Notes under the pieces: model-generated
Seen by the model: only the letters and a program-made list of their open reading frames with translations
The model's database searches: none
Told to the model about the DNA's origin: nothing
Made by a program: the position numbers and the translations under genes
Part shown: piece after piece, positions 9,262-18,819 of the stretch
Position numbering within the stretch: the first letter of the stretch is position 1
Layout: each line of letters begins with the position of its first letter
NCBI GenBank assembly: GCA_965242725.1
Contig: CBDESZ010000020.1
Coordinates: 32,001 to 96,000, forward strand
Direction of reading: 5' to 3'
Length of the DNA stretch: 64,000 bases
Origin: Alkalispirochaeta sp.
GTDB lineage: Bacteria > Spirochaetota > Spirochaetia > DSM-27196 > Alkalispirochaetaceae

Positions 9262-12200
9262 GCCCCGTCATTCTTCTCGTTGTGGCCCTCCTGTCGGCCT
9301 TTCTGTATCCCCTTGTTGAACGCATAGGCCGTCGCGTCGCGTTTCTCGCCACGCTCCTGTTGTCGGCGTCATTCGTAGCCGTCGCGCTCTCATGGGTCGT
9401 CGGACTTAGTACGACGGACGTGGAGCTGCTCATCGCGGATACCGCCGGGTTTCCCGCTCCCCTGTCCATAAACCTCGCCGTCGGGCTTACCGAGGCTCTC
9501 GTACTTACGGTCATTGCCCTCATCGGTACCCTCGGTGTGATCAGCGGCATGACCCGGGAGGACGAACCATGGAAGGGCAGACAGATTGTCCTCTTCTTTG
9601 TACTCATGCTCGGTGCATTCGGACTGCTGATGAGTCAGGATCTCTTTAACATCTTTGTCTTCATGGAAATCAGCGGTATCAGCGTCTTCGGGTTGTTGGG
9701 GACTTCACGGGACACCCGGGCATTTGAAGGAGGCTTTAAGTACATGATCGCCTCCGGTCTCGCATCGGCATTTTTCCTCGTCGGAGTTGCCTTTATCTAC
9801 TATACGGTGGGTTCTCTGAACATCGCCGATATCGTCTCCGGTTCCAACCTGATCGTCGGTATGACCGGCGTGATGGCACTGGTCTTCCTTGCCGCGGGTA
9901 TCCTGATTGAGCTGAAGCCGGCTCCCGCCAACGGGTGGGCCCTCGATACGTATCAGGCCGCGGATCCCGCCCTCGGTGCATTGATATCCGGTGTCAACGC
10001 GACGGCGATGGCAGTTGTTTTCTCCCGGCTCATGCCGATCTTTACCGGCGCAGCCGGCGCGGTATTTACGCCGCTCTTTCTGATCGCCGGGGTCCTCGCA
10101 TTTCTGATACCCCAGTTTCAGGGACTCATGCAGGACAATCTGCGTCGCATGCTCGGGTACTCGTCGGTTGCCCAGATCGGTCTGGTGGTCATTGCCCTGA
10201 GTGTACTTCCCGAGGATGTCCGTTTCGGGATGGTAGTGCTGCCGGCGGCGATTGTGCTGCTCCTCAATCACGCCCTTGCCAAGGCGGGGCTTTTCTGGGT
10301 GGTCAATGTAATCGGCGATGAGAAGACGGGGTTTGATGGACGGTGGCCGCATTCGATTCGTATGCGAAAGCGGCTCTCCGTCTTCATCGCGCTTCTCGTC
10401 TTCGCGCTGTTGGGTCTTCCTCCCTTCCCCGGATTCTGGGCCAAGTGGAACCTCGTGCAAAGTCTGGGTGGAACGGGTATGTACGCCGTCCTTGCAGTTG
10501 TTCTGGCAGGCAGTCTTCTGGAAGCGGTATATCTCATGAGGTGGTACGTAGGTCTCGTCCGTGGGGAGGGAGACGATGTATCGGTGACGGGCGAACACAT
10601 ACCCGCAGATTTTTCGACAGGAGAAGACGAGACATCCGTCGAGGGCGGCGGCTGCCCCGACAGCGGGTGTAAACCCGCTCTGGCGTGCGCGGGAATGTCG
10701 ACGCTCCTCCTCGTTGTCGGTGGCCTCTCCGTCGCCTGGTCCGCCGGATTTGCGGCGCCCTCGCTGTTGCTGATACCGGTGATACTGCTCCTTGCGATTG
10801 TAGATGCAGTACAGGTGCCCATGAAGCTTCAAACTGCGGCGTCTATTGCGGTTGTCGCGGGCGCTCTCTATATGCTTGCACCTTTTGTCAGCGGAATCAG
10901 ACTGTTGTTCGCCGGACTCTTCGGAATCGGCGGGGCGGTTCAACTCGTCGCCTTCTTCAATAGGAGCGAGCGAGCCCCCGGACTCGTACCGCTCACGGCG
11001 GGACTCATTCTTACCCTCATGACCCTCACGGCGGCGCCGGCGATGAACGGTGCGACGGGTGGTCTCGAACTTTTCTTCCTCTGGGAACTCCTGGCGGTCA
11101 TCTCCTTCGCCCTCGTTCTTCAGGGCAGAAAGGGCGGTGCGGCGGCGTTGCGGTTCATCATATTCAGTCTCGGTGGGGCCTATCTGATGCTGGCGTCCCT
11201 GGCGCTTCCCGACAATCCCCTGATGGCAGGTCAGGCGGCGTCCGGTACGCTTCCGACGGCGCAGGGAGTATGGGCGATCGTGCTATTTGCCGGTGCGCTC
11301 CTTACAAAGCTCGGAAGCGCAGGAGTTCACGTGTGGCTGCCGCCCTCCTACGCCGAGACGGCGGATGACGTATCCGCCATTGTCAGTTCCGTATTGAGCA
11401 AGGCAGCGGTTTTCCTCCTCTTTGTCGGCGGAACTGCCTTCACGGCGCCCCTCTTCGGGTCGGTACAGCTCATGACGCTTGTCGGCTGGCTCGGTGTCGT
11501 AACCGCCGTCGTTGGTGCAATGATGGCGCTCTTTCAGGAGGACGCCAAATACCTCCTGGCCTATTCTTCAATGAGTCAAATCGGATATATCGTGCTCGCC
11601 TTTGCGGTGATGAGTCACCTCGGCTGGGTCGGGAGCCTCTATTTGACGGTAACCCACCTCCTGTTCAAGGGGATACTCTTTCTCGCTGTGGCCGGTGTGA
11701 TACACCGGACGGGGACGCGGCTCATGTATCAAATGGGCGGGCTCATAAAACGCATGCCCTGGTCATTTGTTTCGGTACTGATCGGTATTATCGCCGTATC
11801 GGGGGTTCCGCCGCTCACCGGATTCGGCGGAAAGTGGCTGCTCTACACGGCCCTTCTGGAAAAAGGGTGGTACCTGCAGGCGGCGCTGGCGATGTTCTCT
11901 TCAGGTGTCGCGTTTCTGTACCTCTTTCGTCTCATTCACACGATATTTCTCGGTCAGAGAAAGGCGAAACACCACACCCTGCGGGAAGCGCCTCTTGCCC
12001 TGCTCATTCCGCAGTACCTCTTCATCGTCATCATCATGGTTTTCTCCATGTTTCCCAATATGATCATCCTCCCCCTTCAGGCGGTAGTTGAATCGGTCTT
12101 TCCCTCCACCGTTGCCTGGGACGGCTACAGCGTCATTTCGGCGTTGGGATACTGGAACGGGAACGCCGTCATGTACGTCACAATGGGTGTATTCCTCGCT

Positions 12201-12512
12201 CCGCTCCTGTGGCTTCTTCTGGTGAAAGGACGGGTCTACCGGGTAGAACAGTTCAATATTGTCTACGCCGCGGAGCGTCCCCATACACCGGAAAGCACAC
12301 ACTACGCATTCAACTTCTACGGCCACTACCGGAAAGCCTTCGGTCGAGCCCTTGATCCCTGGGCGGAGCGCTTCTGGGCTTCAGTCTCCGCGACGGGCGC
12401 ATCCATAGGACGGGGACTCCGGGGGTGGAACACGGGCAATCCCCAGACCTACGCGCTGCAAATCATTCTGTACGTTCTGCTTATCGTCTTTATCGCTCAG
12501 GGAGGAGTGTAA
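9255..12512 (+). CDS. Fused tandem proton-antiporter (NuoL/M/N, MnhD-type) subunit, MbxH+MbxH'-like
   Basis: 1085 aa with two complete antiporter domains (FVFMEIS/ELKP/NHALAK and FFLWELL/TKLG..HVWLP/THLLFK). Confidence 0.88.
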   Translation: MVSPVILLVVALLSAFLYPLVERIGRRVAFLATLLLSASFVAVALSWVVGLSTTDVELLIADTAGFPAPLSINLAVGLTEALVLTVIALIGTLGVISGMTREDEPWKGRQIVLFFVLMLGAFGLLMSQDLFNIFVFMEISGISVFGLLGTSRDTRAFEGGFKYMIASGLASAFFLVGVAFIYYTVGSLNIADIVSGSNLIVGMTGVMALVFLAAGILIELKPAPANGWALDTYQAADPALGALISGVNATAMAVVFSRLMPIFTGAAGAVFTPLFLIAGVLAFLIPQFQGLMQDNLRRMLGYSSVAQIGLVVIALSVLPEDVRFGMVVLPAAIVLLLNHALAKAGLFWVVNVIGDEKTGFDGRWPHSIRMRKRLSVFIALLVFALLGLPPFPGFWAKWNLVQSLGGTGMYAVLAVVLAGSLLEAVYLMRWYVGLVRGEGDDVSVTGEHIPADFSTGEDETSVEGGGCPDSGCKPALACAGMSTLLLVVGGLSVAWSAGFAAPSLLLIPVILLLAIVDAVQVPMKLQTAASIAVVAGALYMLAPFVSGIRLLFAGLFGIGGAVQLVAFFNRSERAPGLVPLTAGLILTLMTLTAAPAMNGATGGLELFFLWELLAVISFALVLQGRKGGAAALRFIIFSLGGAYLMLASLALPDNPLMAGQAASGTLPTAQGVWAIVLFAGALLTKLGSAGVHVWLPPSYAETADDVSAIVSSVLSKAAVFLLFVGGTAFTAPLFGSVQLMTLVGWLGVVTAVVGAMMALFQEDAKYLLAYSSMSQIGYIVLAFAVMSHLGWVGSLYLTVTHLLFKGILFLAVAGVIHRTGTRLMYQMGGLIKRMPWSFVSVLIGIIAVSGVPPLTGFGGKWLLYTALLEKGWYLQAALAMFSSGVAFLYLFRLIHTIFLGQRKAKHHTLREAPLALLIPQYLFIVIIMVFSMFPNMIILPLQAVVESVFPSTVAWDGYSVISALGYWNGNAVMYVTMGVFLAPLLWLLLVKGRVYRVEQFNIVYAAERPHTPESTHYAFNFYGHYRKAFGRALDPWAERFWASVSATGASIGRGLRGWNTGNPQTYALQIILYVLLIVFIAQGGV

Positions 12513-13445
12513 ATGACCAATCCCATACTCATCAAAGCGTTGTACACCGTCATTTCCCTGGCGGTCATAACGATCTATGCGTTGCTGCTCATAGGCACGA
12601 TGGCCCGGGTCCGTGCGAAGGTACAGGGCCGTATCGGTCAACCGGCGTATCAGCCGTTCATCGATATCATCAAAAGCAATGCGAAACGGACCGGAATCAG
12701 CCACGGGGTGATGTTCTTTCTTGGCCCGGTATTCCGGCTTGCCGGGGGGCTGGGAACGTATCTCTTCATTCCCGTCATCTTCGGTTCCGCCGTCTTTTCC
12801 AACTTCAGTTTTTCCGGCGATCTGCTCCTGGTGATGTATTTCATCTTCTTCGGTCAGCTCGGTATGGCGCTGGGTGCCGGTGAAAGCGGGCATCCCGCCT
12901 CCGCCATCGGCGTGGGACGCGGTCTGGCCCAAATGACGGCGTTTGAACTTCCCTTTGCACTCTCAGTGATCGCCGTGGCGGCGCAACACGGAACGCTCTC
13001 CATTACGGATATCGTCGCCGCCCAGCAGGGAGGAGTTGGTAACTGGGTTGCCTTTACCAACCCGCTGGCCATGATTGCCGGAATGATCGCCTTTCTCGGT
13101 ATGAGCGGAGCAAACCCCTTTTCGGTGGTGATCGCTCCCCAGGAGATCCCCATCGGTCCTCCCACTGAGATGCAGTCGAGTTTCCTGGGGATGTTGCAGA
13201 CCAACCGTGCGATTTTCAACGGCGCCAAAATGGTTCTCTTCATGAACCTCTTCTGGGGAGGTGCCGCCCATGAAAATATCTTCGTTGCCCTGGCGATCAT
13301 GATCGCCAAGACATTTCTCATCTATCTCTATGTGACGATCGTGGGGGCAAGTTTTCCCCGGTTCCGGACGGAACAGTCGATCAGGTTTTTTCTCGGGATA
13401 CCCACGGCGATTGGTATCGGCGCGGTGATTCTGCAGATGGTGTAA
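12513..13445 (+). CDS. NuoH-like membrane subunit (MbxM)
   Basis: AKVQGRIG, QPFIDIIK, APQEIPIGPPTE, FPRFRTEQ. Confidence 0.9.
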   Translation: MTNPILIKALYTVISLAVITIYALLLIGTMARVRAKVQGRIGQPAYQPFIDIIKSNAKRTGISHGVMFFLGPVFRLAGGLGTYLFIPVIFGSAVFSNFSFSGDLLLVMYFIFFGQLGMALGAGESGHPASAIGVGRGLAQMTAFELPFALSVIAVAAQHGTLSITDIVAAQQGGVGNWVAFTNPLAMIAGMIAFLGMSGANPFSVVIAPQEIPIGPPTEMQSSFLGMLQTNRAIFNGAKMVLFMNLFWGGAAHENIFVALAIMIAKTFLIYLYVTIVGASFPRFRTEQSIRFFLGIPTAIGIGAVILQMV

Positions 13446-13470
13446 TGAATTGAAGAACAGAGGAGTTTTT

Positions 13471-14214
13471 ATGGCCGATACGATGACGCGAATATACGGC
13501 GAAGTCGATGCGCCGGAAGGGTCGCCGGTGAAAAACCCCGATCCCCGCACACTGGCCCCCGGGGATGTCGATACGGTCGACGGGCAGCTGAGGATCTTTA
13601 CGGAGGAACTCAAGCTCTCCAACAGCGGCCTTGCTGCCCACGACCGGCCCAACTTTTGCGACCATCCTCCGGAAGTGATTAAGCCCTTTCGCGGTTTCTG
13701 GGAGGACTTTGTCAACTGGGCACGGGCGGAGAGCCTGTGGATTCTCGGATTCGGCACCGGCTGCGGTGCCATAGAGCTGCGCCCCCTGATGACGAGCCGA
13801 TTTGATATGTACCAGTACGGTATACAGGCACGGCCCACGCCAAGACAGAGTTCGGTCTTTGTCATCGGCGGCTACGCGTCGGTAAAGACGATGAAGCGTA
13901 TCGTCCGCAGTTATGAGCAGATGCAGGGACCCAAGTTCGTGCTCGGTCTCGGCAGTTGCACGATCAACGGCGGTATGTACTGGGACAGCTACAATACCGT
14001 CAACCGTCTGGACCACTACATACCCGTAGACGTCTACATTGCCGGATGCATGCCACGGCCGGAGGCGTTGCTGGCGGGATTCATGGAGTTGAAGCGAATG
14101 ATCAAGGCAGGGGAATGCCAGGGCGCAAACAGGTATGCCGAGCACTTTGAGTGGTACAAGGCAAACCAGAAGCGCATCATCAAAGACTGGAACATGCCGG
14201 ATTACAACTGGTGA
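13471..14214 (+). CDS. NuoB-like Fe-S subunit (MbxJ)
   Basis: TGCGAIE, GSCTINGG, PVDVYIAGCMPRPEA; AGGAG RBS before ATG 13471. Confidence 0.9.
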   Translation: MADTMTRIYGEVDAPEGSPVKNPDPRTLAPGDVDTVDGQLRIFTEELKLSNSGLAAHDRPNFCDHPPEVIKPFRGFWEDFVNWARAESLWILGFGTGCGAIELRPLMTSRFDMYQYGIQARPTPRQSSVFVIGGYASVKTMKRIVRSYEQMQGPKFVLGLGSCTINGGMYWDSYNTVNRLDHYIPVDVYIAGCMPRPEALLAGFMELKRMIKAGECQGANRYAEHFEWYKANQKRIIKDWNMPDYNW

Positions 14215-14224
14215 GGGAGAAGCA

Positions 14225-14851
14225 ATGACCGACAAACAGCCGGAATCCATACAATCGTCGACTCCTGCCACGTCGCGGGACGTGCACGGCGTATTCAAGG
14301 AGATACACCTCCGTTTCCAGGTGCGGGAACTGGAAGAGAAAAGAGCCGACCAGGCGTATCTGCACGTGGAGAAGGAAGACCTGGTACCACTTCTGACCTA
14401 TTTGAGAGATACCGCCGGGTATACGCACCTCTCGTTTTTCACCGCCGTCGACCACATCGAGGAAGGGACGTTCGATCTTCTCTACATGCTCCACAGCTAT
14501 GAAAAGCGACACGATCTCGGAGTGATGGTACGCATATCCCGGGGAACGGGGCGAACAGACGGAGATGATCCTGAGGCGGCAGTCATGGATTCCATTCACC
14601 ACCTCTGGCCCGCGGCGGAGACGTATCAGCGGGAGTTGCGGGAAATGTTCGGAATCACTTTTCCCGGAAGCCCCCGGCTCCACGAGAACTTCGCCCTTGA
14701 AGGGTGGGAAGATATTCCCCCCATGCGACGGGAGTTCGACACACGGGAGTACTCGGAGCGCGTCTATTATGCCCGACCGGGCAGGACGACGAACGACACC
14801 CGTCAGCATATGAAAGACAAACTCTATCCCAGCGAGGCAGAATCATGGTGA
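14225..14851 (+). CDS. NuoC-like subunit (MbxK)
   Basis: SIHHLWPAA..YQRELREMFGITFPG, PPMRREF. Confidence 0.9.
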   Translation: MTDKQPESIQSSTPATSRDVHGVFKEIHLRFQVRELEEKRADQAYLHVEKEDLVPLLTYLRDTAGYTHLSFFTAVDHIEEGTFDLLYMLHSYEKRHDLGVMVRISRGTGRTDGDDPEAAVMDSIHHLWPAAETYQRELREMFGITFPGSPRLHENFALEGWEDIPPMRREFDTREYSERVYYARPGRTTNDTRQHMKDKLYPSEAESW

Positions 14852-16083
14852 GAAACGTAATGCCCACCCGATCGTCCGCCCGGGGCGTGCCCAATCTGGC
14901 GACCCGGAGTCAGGAACACATAAATGATAACCCGATCATGCCGCCCATCGTCCGCGGAAAGGCGAAATTTGACCTGGACAGCGGCAAGTACCTGAAGGTC
15001 TGGCAGGGGCCGCAGCATCCGGGAATCACCGGCAACATGAGTCTGGAACTCGTCGTCTGTGGTGACGAAATCGTGGAATGCAAGACCCACGTGGGATATC
15101 TCCACCGGGGATTTGAAAAACTCATGGAACGGCGGAAATACATTCAGTGTTTTCCCATCGTCTGCCGCATCGCCGTACCCGAGCCGGACTTTAATGAATA
15201 CCTCTTTGCCGCCACGGTGGAAGAATTGCAGGGCATAGAGGTCCCCGAACGGGCACAGTGGATAAGAAATCTCAATCTGGAAATGGCACGGCTTGCGAGT
15301 TTCTTTATGTGGCTCGGCGGACAGGCGGGAGCGTTCGGACTGGGAACGCAGGGTCAGTGGACCGTCACCATGCGGGACTACATTCTCGACCGTTTTGAGG
15401 AGCTCACGGGGGGACGGATCTACCACATGTACATGATCCCCGGCGGCGTGCGCAGCGACTTCCCGCCGGGATTCGCGGGGCGCCTGCGGGAGACGATGGA
15501 TACCTGTGAAAAAACGCTCGACGACGTTGAGCGAACGCTCTTTCATAACGCCGTCTTCAAGAAACGGGCAAAAGGGTTGGGTGTGCTCCATCCCGACATC
15601 ATCGATCAGTTCGGGGTGACCGGGCCCAATGCGCGGGCCGCAGGGTTTGCACGGGATGTTCGCAAGGATCACCCGTATCTCGTCTATGATCGGCTGGACT
15701 TCGAGGTGATCACCCATACCGACTCGGACGCCTACGCCCGTGCGTGGGTACGGCTGCAGGAGATGTACCAGAGCATCGATCTGATCAGACAGATACTTGA
15801 TCGAATGCCCAAGGACGGTCCGTTCTTCACCAAACTGCCCAACGTTCTGCACTGGCGTGTCCCGGAAGGCCATACCTACCAGCGGGCCGAATGCACCCGC
15901 GGTGAATACGGCTACTACCTGAACAGCGACGGCAGTGACAAACCACGGCGCATTTACGTCCGGGGGCCGAGTTACACCCACGCGGTGACGCTTATGGAAC
16001 ACCTGGCGATCGGGGTGAACATCGCCGACACGGCGGGACTCATGGTGAGTCTCCATACCTATCCACCGGAAGTTGAGAGGTAG
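14845..16083 (+). CDS. NuoD-like catalytic-module subunit (MbxL), lacking NiFe ligands
   Basis: GPQHPG, GYLHRGFEKL, RIAVPEPD, RGEYGY, RGPSY, C-terminal YPPEVER. Confidence 0.88.
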   Translation: MVRNVMPTRSSARGVPNLATRSQEHINDNPIMPPIVRGKAKFDLDSGKYLKVWQGPQHPGITGNMSLELVVCGDEIVECKTHVGYLHRGFEKLMERRKYIQCFPIVCRIAVPEPDFNEYLFAATVEELQGIEVPERAQWIRNLNLEMARLASFFMWLGGQAGAFGLGTQGQWTVTMRDYILDRFEELTGGRIYHMYMIPGGVRSDFPPGFAGRLRETMDTCEKTLDDVERTLFHNAVFKKRAKGLGVLHPDIIDQFGVTGPNARAAGFARDVRKDHPYLVYDRLDFEVITHTDSDAYARAWVRLQEMYQSIDLIRQILDRMPKDGPFFTKLPNVLHWRVPEGHTYQRAECTRGEYGYYLNSDGSDKPRRIYVRGPSYTHAVTLMEHLAIGVNIADTAGLMVSLHTYPPEVER

Positions 16084-16086
16084 AAA

Positions 16087-17883
16087 ATGAGTCTGAGAGA
16101 TATTGCCGCCCCCTTTACCGTATGGAAGCGGGCACTTGAAAAACCATATACCGACCGGAAACCCCTGGTGAATCGACCCGGTGCGGACCGCTATCGCGGT
16201 TTTCACATTAACGCCGTGGACAAGTGCATTGGCTGCGGAACCTGTGAGTCGGTATGTCAGAATGAAGCAATCGATCTCGTCCCGGTGGAGAGCCGGAAAA
16301 CGAAGCACGGCGATTCCGGATTGCGACCCAAAGTTGATTACGGTCGCTGCTGCTGGTGTGCCCTCTGTGTCGACATCTGTCCCACCGGCAGTCTGGGCAT
16401 GAGCAACGAGTATGTGTGGGTGGACAGGGACCCCGAGGTCTTTCGGTTCGTTCCCGGTGAGGATATCAAACCGTGGAACGGCAGCGAGAAGGGGTACCGC
16501 CGTTCGCCGGGATATGATCTTCTGGAACCGAAGCGCGTGGAAATGCCCATGCTCGACTTTGAAGAGAGCAGAAAGAGCTTTGTCGAGATGGTTCAGGGGT
16601 ACAGCAAGGAACAGGCCCAGGCGGAAGCGGACCGCTGTATTGCCTGCGGCATCTGTATCGCCACCTGTCCCGCCCACATGGACGTCCCGGCATACATCGA
16701 CGCGATCCGACGCGACGATATGGGCGACGGGCTGCGTATCGTCTATGAAGCTAATCCATTACCGGCGTCATGTGGTCGCGTCTGTTCACACGCCTGTGAA
16801 TACGTCTGCGCCATGAAGCACAAGGGGGAGGCGATCAGCATTCGCTGGCTGAAACGGTACATCATCGACCAGATCTATTCACAGGACTATCAGAAATTCC
16901 TTGAAAGCGCGGCCGAAGAAAACGGAAAACACATCACCATCGTCGGGTCGGGTCCTGGCGGTCTGGCGGCGGCGTATTACCTCAGGCTGTTGGGGTACGG
17001 GGTAACCGTATATGACGCCAACGAGCGCGCCGGCGGTATGCTGCGGTACGGTATTCCCGAGTACCGTCTGCCCTACGACCAGGTTGACAAGGATATCGAA
17101 TACATCCGGTCCCTGGGTGTAACAATTGAACAGAACGTCCGGATCGGTGTGGACCGCTCTTTCCGGGAGATTTACGACGGGAGCGACGCGATCTTTTTCT
17201 CGACGGGACTTTCCGATCCCTTTGCCCTGGACATACCGGGGGAGGAACTGAAGGGGGTCATTCCGGGACTGAAGATACTCGACGATGTGACCAACGGCAT
17301 CACCCCCGACATCGGCTCCTCCGTCGTCGTCGTGGGCGGCGGAAATGTCGCCATGGATGCGGCCCGCACGAGCCTCCGGTACAATGCGGATGTGACGATT
17401 CTCTACCGCCGCCGGGAAGAGGATATGCCCGCCGACGCGGAGGAAATCGAAGAAAGCCGCGGCGAGGGATGCGCAATTACCACCCAGGCGATACCGCTCC
17501 GTATTGAAAAGGGCGACACGACGCGGTTGAAGCTCTACTGGGGCAGGGCGGAAATGATTCCCGATGAAAAGGGCGGTCGCCCCCGGCCGCAACTCATTGA
17601 GGGAAGTGAAGAGGTCATTGAATGCGACACCGTCATTCCCGCCATCGGGCAGGGCGCGGACTACCGGTTCCTGCCGGAAGAAATAACTGATAAACTCGAT
17701 TTTTCCCGGGGCATGGTAGTGGTGAACGAGTTCAAGCAGACCGGCGATACGAAGATATTCGCCGGGGGCGACATCACCAACAGGACCCGTGATGCCATTT
17801 CGGCGATCGCAAACGGTCACTCCGCCGCCAAGGGAATCGATATCTATCTCACAAACTTTTCACAGAATGGGGAGCAACGATGA
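16087..17883 (+). CDS. NuoI-like 2x[4Fe-4S] domain fused to GltD-type FAD/NAD(P)H oxidoreductase (MbxN fusion)
   Basis: YRGFH, CIGCGTCESVC, CCWCALCVDIC, then CIACGICIATCP, CGRVC, GSGPGG, GGGNVAMD, YRRR. Confidence 0.88.
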   Translation: MSLRDIAAPFTVWKRALEKPYTDRKPLVNRPGADRYRGFHINAVDKCIGCGTCESVCQNEAIDLVPVESRKTKHGDSGLRPKVDYGRCCWCALCVDICPTGSLGMSNEYVWVDRDPEVFRFVPGEDIKPWNGSEKGYRRSPGYDLLEPKRVEMPMLDFEESRKSFVEMVQGYSKEQAQAEADRCIACGICIATCPAHMDVPAYIDAIRRDDMGDGLRIVYEANPLPASCGRVCSHACEYVCAMKHKGEAISIRWLKRYIIDQIYSQDYQKFLESAAEENGKHITIVGSGPGGLAAAYYLRLLGYGVTVYDANERAGGMLRYGIPEYRLPYDQVDKDIEYIRSLGVTIEQNVRIGVDRSFREIYDGSDAIFFSTGLSDPFALDIPGEELKGVIPGLKILDDVTNGITPDIGSSVVVVGGGNVAMDAARTSLRYNADVTILYRRREEDMPADAEEIEESRGEGCAITTQAIPLRIEKGDTTRLKLYWGRAEMIPDEKGGRPRPQLIEGSEEVIECDTVIPAIGQGADYRFLPEEITDKLDFSRGMVVVNEFKQTGDTKIFAGGDITNRTRDAISAIANGHSAAKGIDIYLTNFSQNGEQR

Positions 17884-18818
17884 ATCGGGTCGTAGAAAAA
17901 CAACGGCTATCGGACGACGTCTTCCGGATGACCTTTGAGGCGCCGTATATCGCCGAGGCGCGTAAGCCGGGACAGTTCATTATCATACAGTTGGATGACA
18001 ACTTCGGTGAGCGAATTCCTCTCACCATTGCCGACGCGGACGCGTCGGCGGGGACGGTGACGATCATTTTTCAGGCCGTCGGAAAGACGACGATCAACCT
18101 CGCCGGCAGGGAGGTGGGAGAGTCGATAGCCAATGTCCTCGGCCCGCTGGGAACGCCGACGGAAATCGAACGGTGGGGAACTGTTGTCTGTGTCGGCGGC
18201 GGAATCGGCGTCGCTCCGCTCCATCCCATCGTCCAGGCGGTGAAGGAAGCGGGCAACAGGGTTATCACCATCATGGGCGCCCGCAACAAGGAGCTGTTGA
18301 TTCTCGAAGATGAAATGAAACGATGGAGCGACGAGGTCATCGTATGCACCGACGACGGCAGCTACGGACGGAAGGATCTCGTGACCGCGCCGTTGAAGGA
18401 GCTTTGCGAAGAGGGCGTTCCCGACAAAGTCTTTGCGATCGGTCCGCCGATCATGATGAAATTCGCCGCGGAAACGACGCGGCCCTATAACGTATCTACC
18501 ATGGTAAGTCTCAACACCATCATGGTTGACGGTACGGGAATGTGCGGTGGGTGCAGAGTGACCGTGGGTGACGAGACGAAGTTCGTCTGTGTGGACGGGC
18601 CGGAATTTGATGGCCACCTTGTGGACTTTGACAACATGATGTCCCGACAGCGGGCCTACCTGGACCAGGAACGACATGCCAAAGAGGCGTGTCGCATCGG
18701 CCTTACTCCGAAGCCTGGCGCGACGTCGGCTGCAAAGACGGCGCCCGCTGATGCGCCGAAGCCCGCTGGAAAAACGGCACCGGTAGAAAAAACAACAACG
18801 GAACGGGGAGGCCGGTAA
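17880..18818 (+). CDS. nfnA: NfnA/SudB-type FAD/NAD-binding [2Fe-2S] subunit
   Basis: ERIPLTIAD, GGGIGVAP, TDDGSYG, MVDGTGMCGGCRV...CVDGPEF. Confidence 0.9.
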   Translation: MNRVVEKQRLSDDVFRMTFEAPYIAEARKPGQFIIIQLDDNFGERIPLTIADADASAGTVTIIFQAVGKTTINLAGREVGESIANVLGPLGTPTEIERWGTVVCVGGGIGVAPLHPIVQAVKEAGNRVITIMGARNKELLILEDEMKRWSDEVIVCTDDGSYGRKDLVTAPLKELCEEGVPDKVFAIGPPIMMKFAAETTRPYNVSTMVSLNTIMVDGTGMCGGCRVTVGDETKFVCVDGPEFDGHLVDFDNMMSRQRAYLDQERHAKEACRIGLTPKPGATSAAKTAPADAPKPAGKTAPVEKTTTERGGR

Positions 18819-18819
18819 G

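Noticed and set aside
14845..16083. Group 4 [NiFe]-hydrogenase large subunit call
   Set aside because: Both CxxC nickel-binding motifs are absent and no maturation genes are in the window
14824..16677. 617-aa minus-strand ORF (and similar long antisense ORFs, e.g. 9705-10943, 46404-47549, 58611-59630)
   Set aside because: Shadow frames of well-supported genes in GC-rich DNA, with no recognisable motifs
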